This document shows positions 1 to 12,720 of a stretch of 64,000 nt of DNA, piece after piece. Position 1 is the stretch's first letter. Each line of letters begins with the position of its first letter. A program made the translations under genes and the position numbers. The DNA lies in the NCBI RefSeq assembly GCF_009914755.1, contig NC_060931.1. The stretch is one strand, 5' to 3'. A model generated the notes under the pieces. That model was not told where the DNA came from and did no database searches. It saw only the letters and a list, made by a program, of their open reading frames with translations. Origin of the DNA: the human T2T-CHM13v2.0 reference genome, Homo sapiens.

Positions 1-3000
1 GAGCAAACAAATTCAAAAGCTAGCAGAAGACAAGAAATAACTAAGATCAGAGCAGAACTGAAGGAGATAGAGACACAAAAAAACCCTTCAAAAAATCAAT
101 GAATTCAGGAGCTGGTGTTTTGAAAAGATCAAGAAAATAGATAGACCACTAACCAGACTAATAAAGAAGAAAAGAGAGAAGAATCAAATAGACTCAATAA
201 AAAATGATGAAGGGGATATCACAACTGATCCCACAGAAATACAAACTACCATCAGAAAATACTATAAACACCTCTATGCAAATAAACTAGAAAATCTAAA
301 AGAAATGGATGAATTCCTGGACGCATACACCCTCCCAAGGCTAAACCAGGAAGAAGTCAAATCTCTGAATAGACCCATAACAAGTTCTGAAATTGAGGCA
401 GTAATTAACAGCCTACCAACCAAAAAAGGCCCAGGACCAGACGGATTCACAGCCGAATTCTACCAGAGGTACAAAGAGGATCTGGTACCATTCCTTCTGA
501 AACTATTCCAAACAACAGAAAAAGAGGGACTCCTCCCTAACACATTTTATGAGGCCAGCATCATCCTGATACCAAAACCTGGCAGGGACACAACAAAAAA
601 AGAAAATTTCAGGCCAATATCCCTGATGAACATTGATGTAAAAATCCTCAATGAAATACTGGCAAACAAAATCCAGCAGCACATCAAAAAGCTTATCCAC
701 CACAATCAAGTTGGCTTCGTCCCTAGGATGCAAGGCTGGTTTGACATATGCAAATCAATAAACATAATCCATCACATAAACAGAACTAATGACAAAAACC
801 ACATGATTATCTCAAAAGATGCAGAAAAGGCCTTCGATAAAATTCAGCAGCCCTTCATGCAAAAAACTCTCAATAAAGTAGGTATTGATGGAATGTATCT
901 CAAAATAATAAGAGCCTATTTTTGACAAACCCACAGCCAATATCATACTGAATGGGCAAAAGCTGGAAGCATTCCCTTTGAAAAGTGGCACAAGACAAGG
1001 ATGCCCTCTCTCACCACTCCTACTCAACACAGTATTGGAAGTTCTGGTCAGGGCAATCAGGCAAGAGAAAGAAATAAGGGTATTCAAACAGGAAGAGAGG
1101 GAGACAAATTGTCTGTTTGCAGATGACATGATTGTATATTTAGAAAACCCCATCATCTCTGCCCAAAATCTCCTTAAGCTGATAAGCAACCTCAGCAAAG
1201 ACTCAGGATACAAAATCAATGTGCAAAAATCACAAGCATTCCTATACACCAATAATAGACAAACAGCCAAATCATGAGTGAACTCCCATTCACAATTGCA
1301 ACAAGAAGAATAAAATACCTAGGAATACAACTTACAGAAGATGTGAAGGACCTCTTCAAGGAGAACTACAAACCACTGCTCAAGGAAATAAGAGAGAACA
1401 CATACAAATGGAAAAATATTCCATGCTTATGGATAGGAAGAATCAATATCATGAAAAATGGCCATACTACCCAAAGTAATTTATAGACTCAATGCTATCC
1501 CCATCAAGCTACCACTGACTTTCTTCACAGAATTAGAAAAAACTACTTTAAATTTCATACGGAACCAAAAAAGAGCCCGTATAGCCAAGACAATCCTAAA
1601 CAAAAAAGAACAAAGCTGGAGGCATCACGCTATCTGACTTCAAACTATATTACAAGGTTACAGTAATCAAAACAGCATGGCACTGGTACCAAAACAGATA
1701 CATAGACCAACGGAACAGAAAAGAGGCCACAGAAATAATGCCACACATCTACAACCATCTGATCTTTGACAAACCTGACAAAAACAAGCAATGGGGAAAT
1801 GATTCCCTATTTAATAAATGCTGTTGGGAAAACTGGCCAGCCATATGCAGAAAACTGAAACTGGACCCCTTCCTTACATCTTATACAAAAATTAACTCAA
1901 GTTGGATTAAAGCCTTAAATGCAAGACATAAAACCATAAAAACCCTAGAAGAAAACCTAGGCTATACCATTCAGTACATAGGCATGGGCAAAGACTTCAT
2001 GACTAAAACACCAAAAGCAATGGCAACAAAAGCCAGAATTGACAAATGCAACCTAATTAAACTAAAGAGCTTCTGCACAGCAAAAGAAACTATCATCAGA
2101 GTGAACAGGCAACCTACAGAATGGGAGAAAAATTTTGCAATCTATCCATCTGACAAAGGGCTAATATGCAGAATCTACAAAGAACTTAAATTACAAGAAA
2201 AAAACAAACAACCCCACCAAAAAGTGGGCGAAGGATATGAACAGACACTTCTCAAAAGAAGACATTTATGCGGCCAAAAACATAAGAAGAAAAGCTCATC
2301 ATCACTGGACATGAGAGAAATGAAAATCAAACCACCATGAGATACCATCTTACACCAGTTAGAACAGTGATCATTAAAAAGTCAGGAAACAACAGATGCT
2401 GGAGAGGATGTGGAGAAATAGGAATGCTTTTACACTGTTGGTGGGAGTGTAAATTAGTTCAACCATTGTGGAAGACAGTGTGACGATTCCTCAAGGATCT
2501 AGAACTAGAAATACCATTTGACCCAGCAATCCCAATACTGGGTGTATACCCAAAGGATTATAAATCATTCTACTATAAAGATACATGAACACGTATGTTT
2601 ATCACAGCACTGTTCACAATAGCAAAGACTTGGAGCCAACCCAAATGCATCAATGATAGACTGGGTAAAGAAAATGTGGCACATATACACCATGGAATAC
2701 TATGCAGCCATAAAAAAGGATGAGTTCGTGTCCTTTGCAGGGTCACAGATGAAGCTGGAAACCATCATTCTCAGCAAACTAACACAAGAACAGAAAACCA
2801 CACATTGCATGTTCTCACTCATAAGTGGGAGTTGAACAATGAGAACACATGGACGCAGGGAGGGGAACATCACACACCATGGCCTGTCAGGGGGTTGGGG
2901 GCTAGGGGAGGGATAGCATTAGGAGAAATACCTAATGTAGATGATGGGTTGATGGGTGCAGCAAACCACCATGGCACATGTATACCTATGTAACAAACCT

Positions 3001-3045
3001 GCACGCTCTGCACATGTACCCCAGAACTTAAAGTATAATAATAAG
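1..3045 (+). mobile_element. L1PA (about L1PA6-8) LINE-1, ORF2 remnant + 3' UTR, continuing beyond the window start; antisense to SKAP2
   Basis: ORFs 305-925, 978-1277 ([15 protein letters not shown] motif), 1274-1486, 1738-2340 and 2653-2835 are frameshifted ORF2 pieces; typical L1PA 3' UTR ending aaagtataataataa. Confidence 0.95.
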
Positions 3046-3397
3046 AAAAAGAAAGAGGTTTAATTGGCTTATGGTTCTGAAGGCTGTACAGGAAGCATGG
3101 CACTGGACATCTGCTTGGCTTCTGAGAAAGCTTCAGGAAGCTTACAATCATGGTGGAAGGCAAAGCGGGAGCAGGCACAACACACGGTAAAAGAACAAGA
3201 GACAGAGAGTGGGGTTGGGAGGTGCCACATACTTTTAAATGACCAGATTTCACAAGAACTCACTGTCACGAAGATAGCACGAGGCCATGAGGGATTTGCC
3301 CCATGATCCAAACACCCCCCAACAGGCCCCACCTCCAGCACTGGGAATTACAATTCAACATGTGATTTGGGCGGAGATAAATATCCAAACTATATTA
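3046..3397 (+). mobile_element. MST-type (ERVL-MaLR) solo LTR, 3' part
   Basis: aagaggtttaattggcttatggttctg...aggcccacctccagcactggga...caaactatatta resembles MSTA/B; 5' part missing at the L1 junction. Confidence 0.8.
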
Positions 3398-3399
3398 GG

Positions 3400-3485
3400 T
3401 GGAGACAGATTTAGCGTTTCTAACAAGCTCCCAGATGATGCTGATACTGTTGGTCTACTGACCATACTTTGAGTAGGAAAGGGCT
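3400..3485. mobile_element. MER5A (hAT-Charlie) fragment
   Basis: ttctaacaagctcccagatgatgctgatactgttggtc...ccatactttgagtag is the MER5A terminal motif. Confidence 0.6.
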
Positions 3486-3619
3486 AGAAAATCACTTCCT
3501 TTTCAGTACAATATCCACCTCTCTAGCCCAGAGTCTTATCAACACTCCCTTAATCAAAAGCAGCAGAGCAGTATGCTAGCTGGGGAAGAGGGAAAAAGTA
3601 ACTCTTTTAAGAGCAGAGC

Positions 3620-3805
3620 ATAATCCTTACAGTTGACAGACATGAATTCAAATTCCAGTTCTGCCACTATGTAGCTATATGCCATTGGGCATATCACTTA
3701 ACCTCTCTATTTTAGGTTTCCTCATTTGTCAAATAGTGATAGTACTCTACTTCATAGAGATACTGTCATGATTAAAAATAAGTAATGTAGCAAAGCATTT
3801 AGCTT
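3620..3805. mobile_element. MIR fragment
   Basis: MIR core-like gaattcaaattccagttctgccact...cttaacctctct...tttcctcatttgtcaaatag. Confidence 0.65.
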
Positions 3806-5279
3806 GCTACCTCCACTAGATGGTCTCTACGCCTTCATTTAACCTACATTTAACTTCCAGGACAATATCCCTCAAATCTGCATCCCTCACTTCAGTATAC
3901 TCCTTCAGGGATCTCTTAATGACTACCAAATCAAAGGTAAATTCCTTAATTTGGCATTCAGCTCCTACTATAAATCATGCACCTACCTCCAAGACCCCCT
4001 CCACTCCTTCCTATTCAATACCACCTCTGGTCGTCACCCATATCTTCCCCATGCAGATCACCTCACCTCACTGCCACCATTCAATTTACTAATTCTGAAA
4101 TGTGGGGACACAAGCATTTAGTGCTCTAGGGAACGTCTAAGCAATTACCCGGTTCAAACTCTTCATTTCACATACCAGAAAATAAAAATCCAAAAAGGCC
4201 TAAGCAACTTGTCCTTGACAAAAAAGTTATCATCAATTATAATGAAAACCTGGTTTCTGAGCTTGAACTCCAAAAGTTCTTTTCAGTTTGTTTTCCCATT
4301 CTCTGCAACAAACCTCAAGACCCACATAAAACTCACTTAAATAAAAGGCCCTCCCTCCACAATCTCTTAGAATTTAGGCATAAAGTTTATGCTGTGGTTT
4401 TTTTGACAGGATGCTAAAACATATGGCTGATTCAGCCAATACATCAGGAAGTAAAATCAATGAAACCAACTACTTGCCTTGGTATAGACTAAATCAATTG
4501 AATATTGTAGCACGTAGTATTTATTATTTTTGGAATCTGGTTTAATATAACCTAGATTGCTAGTTACCTTATTCTAGGTGATTATCTTCTCCTGCCATCT
4601 AGATTACATTTTTCTTAAAAATAGGAACTTTATCTTATTCACCCCCAATTGCCCTGTCCAAGTATCTTGTTCTCCTCTTCATGTACTGTGTAAATAACTG
4701 CTAATTTGCTGAATTAAAGATGCATTATTTTTCATAATGTTGAGTTTTACTTAACCTTTGCAGTCTTTCGTATCTAGTCCACTTTGTTATAGTATCATCC
4801 GTCCACTCTGTTTTATTCTGATGAATTTTCCTGATCAATAGCATAAAAACTTAGAAAGATAATTCTCAATGGCTATGTGTTTTATTTACTAATATATACC
4901 TTTGTATCACAAAAATATTTTACATCTGTGTACTTTATATCCCCAATTGCACAATATATACCTTGAGGATTAAAAATATGTCCTCTACTTTCTGTCATTT
5001 CCTCAACTATAATCCCTTCTCTTCCACCAAAATACTTGAAACTGTGCTATACACATAGCACAATGACTAAAATAATCATTGTTATTAAACTGCTAAAACA
5101 TATATAAGCTAGCAATTTGGCATATTAAGACAACCCAAAAATTTTAAAAACAAAAGTGAAATGTTGATACATGTTATATATGCAAAAATATGTGCAAATT
5201 GCAAATTAATTGAATTTTTTAGAACAAAATACAAAAGATAATTTTAGGTGTCAAAAATATGATAGTGGGTTAAAAACAC

Positions 5280-5397
5280 CCTAAATGCTAAGTTATTGAA
5301 AAATTTTTTTTCTAGTTTTAAACATTGTTTCATAGTTATCCTAAATGCTAAGTTATTGAAAAAAACCTTTTTTTCCAGTTTTAAACATTGTTTCATA
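5280..5397. repeat. Tandem duplication, ~60-bp unit x2
   Basis: cctaaatgctaagttattgaaaaa...ttttaaacattgtttcata repeated at 5280 and 5340. Confidence 0.9.
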
Positions 5398-8300
5398 CTC
5401 TACTGATATGAGAGAAAAGTAAAACATCTATTTCGTGGCTTTTGTAAGAACTGATTAGTGCTACACCTAATTTTACACAAAAAAAGTCTTCCTCAAAAAT
5501 TTGGTACATTAAATTTATGTTGTGCACACGGACAGGTTTATATCTAAGCCTGTTTTAGACACTTTCTAAGAGCTAATTATTTATAGGCATCCTGGAGACA
5601 ATCTCTCTAAAGAAATCTGTTGGAAAAAATGATTTACATGCTTTATTAATCCAAATTTTTGTACATTGGATTTTTGTAAAGAAAAGTATACCAAAAAAAA
5701 TTTTTAATATTATAAATTATGATAATAGTTCAGCCTTTTTCTTAATCCCTGAGATTTAAAAAATAGTTCCATTCCTAAAAAAAAATTTCTTCACACAAAC
5801 CTGTGTCTCGCAATGCCCACAGCCTTTCAGTAACCTAGGTTATTCAGAAATTTTTAGTTAGAAAGACACCAGGACAATAAATGACTGTTCTATATTTTCA
5901 GCTTCATTTTAGCCTTCCTGTATTCACACCCTAGAGGTTTCAGATTTTTATCCACAAAGTGATTATGGTCTAGGACTGAATCAGATTTGTAACATACATC
6001 TACTGGGATCCTTCGACCTATCGTCGAGGGGCAGAGCCAATATATGTCTTCTAGCTCACTGAATCCTTTCACCTTACCTTAGAGACTTTCCATAGTGCTA
6101 TATAGTTAGAAGCTTTCTTTCACAAATGACAAAAATGAATGAAAAATGATTTCAGAATAGAAAAATGGAAACCCAAGTAATTATATGGTGTCTAAAGTCT
6201 ACTCTATATCTACCCACCTTAGTGCCTAAACATTTTAAAGTGTACAGAAAGGGATATTCTTTAAGGTTGTAAATCTCATTATCTCTAACTTTATCTGATT
6301 ACTGACATGCACCATTTATACTGAAACTCCAATATATCCAGCCACATGATAGCATAAAACTTCTAACAGTGATCTACAATAGTCTAGAAACTATTACGAT
6401 TTTTTTGTTTTCCAGAAAAAAATCAAGCATAAAGCTAATAAAATGAAACTTCTAATAAGTATACTTTCTTCTAAATAGAATATCAAAATGAAACTCTAAC
6501 AGCAGTCATGCAATCATTTATAAATAAAATACAGACTCTTATTCTTTTTCCTAAAAAGGTATTTGGCATGTCATTCTCTCTTTTTTTGCTATTGGTCTCA
6601 AAATGTAGTTCTTCTCAAAAAATATAAAACATAAGAAGCATTTCCAAAGAGGGAAAAGAAAAATTTACAAAGTACAATATTTTTAAGCTACAAGCTATAC
6701 AAAAATCTGTCACCATCTATGTTACAATTCTAGTAATCAATAAGGTACTTTTTTCCAATGTACAACTCAAAAATCAATTATATCAACTCTTTTGTATAGA
6801 GAAGCAGCACACCTTTCAGGCAACTAGTATTAATGAGTAGACATGACTATAGAATCTCCATCTGTTTCTCTGACAAAGCTGTGGCTACTCTAGTCTCTCA
6901 TTGAAATTCCATTAATCTGGTGTACCAAGGTCCAATGCGAAAATCAAAACTGCATCTAACCCTTTATCAGCTCACAATAACCTACAAGTGAACTCTGCCT
7001 GTTAGCATGCAGCAAGTTATGATTTTGCTATCAATCAGGCAGTTGGCCAATAAAAAAAAAAAGGCAGGCTGAAAACAACGTACCTGGCAGGGTTTGGAAA
7101 CTTTCTTTTTGTTGTTTTCATCCCCATTCAATTTCTATACGGTGCCTGGACCTTGTAAGATTATGCATTATTCTCCTTGGCTATGATTTAATTGCTACCA
7201 GCAATCAAGTCGAAGCATCACTGAAGTGTGCTTGAATTTCATTAGAAGATATAACTTATGCTGCTTTCCTACAGTACCTAATAAACCATAAAGAAACCAA
7301 AACACATATGGCTTGGGGGAATAACTGGAAAATTAGGTGGCCATTTGGGAACTGAGTGAACTTTTGAACCAGAGGAATAGAGAAAAATAAATATTAAAGC
7401 AAAAGACAGACTTAGAATGCACATAGAGATGTGCAGGTTTGACCTTTTCAGTACCTTGAAAATTACATTAGCATTATGAAAAATACATATCATGTTTAGA
7501 GTTTATAACCCATTGAAGTTTAGATACTTTGTTAGTGCCTTCCATAAGGTAAAAGTCAAAAGGACAAAACAACAATCTGATTTGACAAAAGGCCTTTTGG
7601 TGACCTGTGCTAATTCGGTTATGCTTATTGTTAAATGCATTATCTTTTTTATAATTAATATATTATTGGACTGAGGTCACATAATGAAGCAAATTTATTC
7701 ATCAAAGGAAAGAGAACACACACAAAATCTAAGTTGAAGAGAGAAAAACTGATACATTGAGATGATATTTTAGAGTGAATATTAAATGTCCAAGTGGTAG
7801 TTTAAAAATTAATTTTAATAATGATATTCTTAGAAGAAAATGTGAAAGTATCAAAAACAGTATTATTTATATATCAAAAATGAGTAATACTACAGGTAAA
7901 AGTTTTAATCTGCTCAAGAATTGCTTAAACACTAATGAATAGGCACTATTAACAAAAAAACTTGATGTTACATATAAATGTTATTAAATAATATTTAAAA
8001 TCAATAAAATAACCTTTTAACAACAATCTTTTAGTGTATTTCCTGAATATTTTGTTATAAAAATATATGATAAATTATTTACTATTAAAAAGAAAACAAT
8101 AATGTAAATGCACTATAATTTAATAATAATTTACTTTTTCTAACAAGCTACTGGAAGATTTCTGGCTCTCATAGATATTTAATTGTTGAATTTCTTTTTA
8201 GGTTGCAAATTTTTCAAGAATACACATAGCACTCCCCTGTATATCAAAATGTTTATGCTATTTTAAGAAACTATGTCTATATAGTCTATGAATATATTCT

Positions 8301-9734
8301 CCGTATGTCTCTCTTAGTATAAATATTCTGTCTGTGTATGTGTATACACACATACATTCATATATACCAACATTTTACAGAGAAATAAAGCAATTGTAAT
8401 GTGTCTGAAAAATAGTACCACTTAAATAATAATTCATTGTTTTGCCTGAAAATATTATTTCTTTGATTATAAAACATTTTCTAGTAGAAATGCTTTTGAA
8501 GATGAGGTTGGAAAGGGTAATGCTCTGTTTTGGTGAAGAGAAAAGAAATGCTTATCTCTTTAAAAGATAGAAAGTGAATATAACAGCAAAAAAAAACCCT
8601 CCCTTTAAAAATAGAAATTAAATGTTTGCCGAAGCATAAAATTCAACATAAAATAGATATGACTATTATTGCTACACTTTGTACAAAGTTCTGGATATAA
8701 AAAAAGATTGTTTTGTACTGAATCACTGGTTAGAATGTTTATCACTTATGCATGTACTTGACTTATCCCCGTTCTGCAACAGACATAATTTTATACCTCA
8801 TAAAAGCAATTTATGTTTCCAAAGGGAATAATCTGGATAACATAAAATGTGGAGTGCTCTGTTGCAGGAAGCATATTTTCATTCAGCAATTGTATTTAGA
8901 GATGGAACTGCACAGTTTGATCATCACATAGTGGCAGAAGGTATTATTCATTTCTATGTCTATGTGAAACTTTGAGTGCTACAAATTAATATGCATGACT
9001 AATTTATTGATACACATTCTTAATTTATAACTATATATTACCCTTATAAGGTTTCTATAATGCAGATGTACTCAATGGCTATAACAGAGAAAGTACATAC
9101 TACACTAAAAACAAGTTTCATAACTTTGGCAACATTCAATAGCTTTTAGAAATTACTAAGAGATAAATTTATTACTAATTCAGTTAATACAAACACTGCA
9201 ATATTACTGCATAATATGGTCCACTTTTAAGTGACAATATAAAAGTGAAAATGCGCATTAAAAGAAGCATTTGATAAAAACCTGTCTCAGTGTGAAGAGG
9301 CAATGTCGGAAAATTAACTTAATATTTTATTAACTCATTTTGTATAAAGTTTTCAGAAAAAAATAGATCAAAAATCTTTTTTATTATTTATAAAATAAAT
9401 AATACAGTAAGCCTTCAAGTAGCATAATAAAATTAAGCAAGAATCTGATAATATTAAATTAACTATCAAACTGTTACTAATAATATTCATATGATGATAC
9501 AGGCACTCTCTCAAAAATTTTAGTAAAGAAAATTTCCAAGAAAAAGAACCAACTACATACTTAGGAAAACCTCACCAGAACCACTAGAGAGAGCTCTTCT
9601 GTTCCTTAAAAGGTTTTGGTAAAGGTAAGTTAACCGAAGCCTCTATGTTCATCTGCTTTCTCATAAAACTACCACCCATATATATAGCATTGTTTTGTGT
9701 GAGTGTCAGAGTTACGTGGGAAAATGTCACATAC

Positions 9735-9842
9735 CATCAGAGGGGGCTTCATCGTCTTTATCATATCGTTCTGAGGCTAATGAAATAGTGTCTGGAGGCC
9801 CAGCAAAAGGGTCATCATATTCTTCCCCATCTTCTGCATCAC
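9735..9842 (-). CDS. SKAP2: SKAP2 coding exon 4 (GDAEDGEEYDDPFAGPPDTISLASERYDKDDEAPSD), 108 nt, includes Tyr75
   Basis: Acceptor poly-T aacag|GT, donor ATG|gtatgt; translation matches the SKAP2 linker before the PH domain. No later SKAP2 exon seen in 1-9734. Confidence 0.97.
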
Positions 9843-11354
9843 CTGTTAAAAAAAAAAAAAATCAGAGAACTGCCTTTTATACTTTAGCCATTTAAAGTAA
9901 TGTTACTTAATGTTAATGTTACTTTGTTAGAAGAGGTAAATTCTACTAGTAAATTGAGTCATTGTCATGGAAAAACAAAGAAAACTTTTAAAACTAGGTA
10001 AAAACAGGTCTTATTTTATTTTATAGCCATTGTAACTTAGATATAGTAAGAATTTTTGAAGGTCATTATACAATTGCTTATTTATGACACAAAAGGATAT
10101 AGTCCAAAATTATGATGATCTCTACAAAGAAGAATCCAAAAAGTAGAAGCAGGGTAAAACAGAGTGTATATCCAAACGAACAAAACCAAGATAACAGTAA
10201 CAACAACAACAACAAAACCCAGGAAGCACAACAGAAAACATAATACAAGTAATTCCATTTACCTATTCAATAATTTGAAAAATTATGATGAGAAACTAAT
10301 AATTTGAAGCTGTATGAATATTTTGTATAAAATCATTTTATACATTTTTATACATTTTATACATTTTTAGAGAGGATTAAAAATAATCTGTTGCATTTTC
10401 CAGAGCACAAATCTTTTAAAATCTTTTATAGAAAAAACTGCTTTAAAATTTTCATAATCTTTTTAAATTCAAGTAAGGGTAATTTACAAACTAGACACTT
10501 TCAGTTTCATTCAATGGTATGTTATTACTTTTTAATGTTCTGGCCAGTTTCCAACTTGATTTTCAAATCCTAGGTTCGTTGGTCGATTTTTTGATTGACT
10601 TTTCTATTTTAGGCTAATTAATCTCCACAAGATCTTGTGGTTTCAATTTTTTCCATATAATCATTTAAAATAATTTTTTTAAAAAAACACAAATATTTGC
10701 TAGCCCAGTTACACATAAGCATTCATTTGTCACCCGGATTTCACAACAAAGAAAAAAGTATGCTTAATTCTACATTAAGTATTTGACTGTTGAATTCAAG
10801 TTACCTGACAGAAAAACAGCCACCTCAGGGATTACCCTTAAAGCACAAGGAAAATCCCCATAGGAACCGCAGAGTGCCTATAGTATTACTTTTGAACCAC
10901 AGTTCCTGGCAGATTCAGATTAATGCTACTTGTCTCTCCAAAAGGGTATCTTTGTCCTCTGACACCCATTTGATGGGTGTCACCCTATTTGTTACCACAT
11001 TTTTGGTAGAGAAAATAGCCTCTCTCAAGACAACACTGTCCAAATAATTTTTTAAAAATACATATTCCTATTTCCTTATAATTTTGCCACTTTGTGAGCA
11101 ACTGTCATCAGAGACATCTCTCATTAAGATGATAAGGGCAGAACATAGAGATGGCTATATTGTCATCCTTAGGGATTCTACTACTAGGTACAGTAAATAT
11201 GGTGATGTTACTCCCACAGTTAAAATTCTAAGGAACACATAAATACTACTCATTCTTTGGAACTTAATTTCTCTTTCTTTTCAGATGTTCAAAGTCCTTT
11301 TCAGAACACTCAATGATCCCTTACAATATTTCTCTTATGAAAAGAAGAGTGCTA

Positions 11355-11656
11355 GGCTGGTGGCAGTGCTCACGCCTGTAATCTCAGCTACTCAGCATGC
11401 TTGAGGCCAGAAGATCGCTTGTGGCCAGGAATTAGACACCAGGCTGGGCAACATAGCAAGACCACATCTCTAAATAAAAATAAAAACAATTAGCCGGGTG
11501 TGGTGGCCTGCACCTATAGTCACATCTGTGGGAGGCTGAGGTAAGAGGACCGCTTGAGCCCAGGAGTTTGAGGCTGCAGTGAGCTATAACTGCACCACTG
11601 CATTCCAGCCTGGGCAACAGACCAAGACCCCATCTCTAAAAAAAAATTTTTTTAAC
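11355..11656 (+). mobile_element. AluJ-like
   Basis: Alu dimer; TSD aaaagaagagtgct on both sides. Confidence 0.9.
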
Positions 11657-12403
11657 AAAAGAAGAGTGCTCTGATTTCAAATATAAGGTAGGAAGGAACT
11701 TCATAAAGTGCTAGTAAACATATTTTGATCATGTTACAACAGTTCATGGAATATGTACCAGTAGGGATCAAGAAATTCTCAGTTACTCTTAGTTGTTAGA
11801 GTATCTTTACATTCTTAATGAAATTAAGAATTTTTGTGGTATGAATTTTCCAAGAATATTTCATATCTCACACAAAAAAAATCTTGCTGCAAAAAAAAGT
11901 ATTAGGATACTTCAAAAACATTACTAGAACTTAGCATGTGGCATATTTTGCTATTATAACTATTTAAAACCAACAGTGAAACCAAATAATATATAGCAAA
12001 GATTTTGAAAAAAATTCAGATATTCAGGCTTAAATTATATTAAATTCTAGGTGGAAGTAAACAGAAAAAATTAAAACTTAGTTTTTAAAATTAGAAGTAG
12101 TTTATTATCCTTTGATAACATCCATTATTATGTGTGCATATATATATGTGTATATATGCATTTATATACACATACACACAAATGCAAACACGATTCTATA
12201 TTCAACGAATATGTATAAATATATACATACATATCAACAGTTCATTACTAAAGCTATAAACTCAAAGTAAAGAGTATTTATTCTACACACACTGATCACT
12301 AACAGGTGAAAGACCTGAGAGGCTTTCATGGTTTGGTTTTTATGAAAGTCATGGTTTTGACTTTTATAGAAAGTCATGGTTTCGGTTTTTATTTTAAAAA
12401 ATA

Positions 12404-12720
12404 GGCCGGGTGCGGTGGCTCACGCCTGTAATCCCAGCACTGTGGGAGGCCAAGGCAGGTGGATCACCTGAGCTCAGGAGTTTGAGACCAGCCTGGCCAA
12501 CATGGCAAAACCCCGTCTCCACTAAATATACAAAAGTTAGCCGGGCATGATGGCAGGCACCTGTAATCCCAGCTACTCGGGAGGCTGAGGCAGGGAGAAC
12601 TGCTTGAACCTGGGAGGCGGTGAGCCAAGATCATGCCACTGCAGTGGGCCAAGATTATGCCACTGCACTCCAGCCTGGGCAACAGAGACTCTGTCTCAAA
12701 AAATCAAAATAAAAATAAAA
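12404..12720 (+). mobile_element. AluS with internal ~23-bp tandem duplication
   Basis: Alu dimer; gtgagccaagatcatgccactgca/gtgggccaagattatgccactgca repeated in the right arm. Confidence 0.92.

Noticed and set aside
305-2835. Long + strand ORFs with reverse transcriptase motifs
   Set aside because: Frameshifted, stop-interrupted L1 ORF2; neither an active element nor a novel RT system.
5890-6085. 60-aa ORF, strong minus-strand donor AAG|gtaagg (~6078) and small tcgac/gtcga hairpin
   Set aside because: No convincing paired acceptor or protein similarity; isolated donors are common.
10625-10640. 16-bp perfect palindrome ccacaagatcttgtgg
   Set aside because: About one palindrome of this length is expected by chance in 64 kb.
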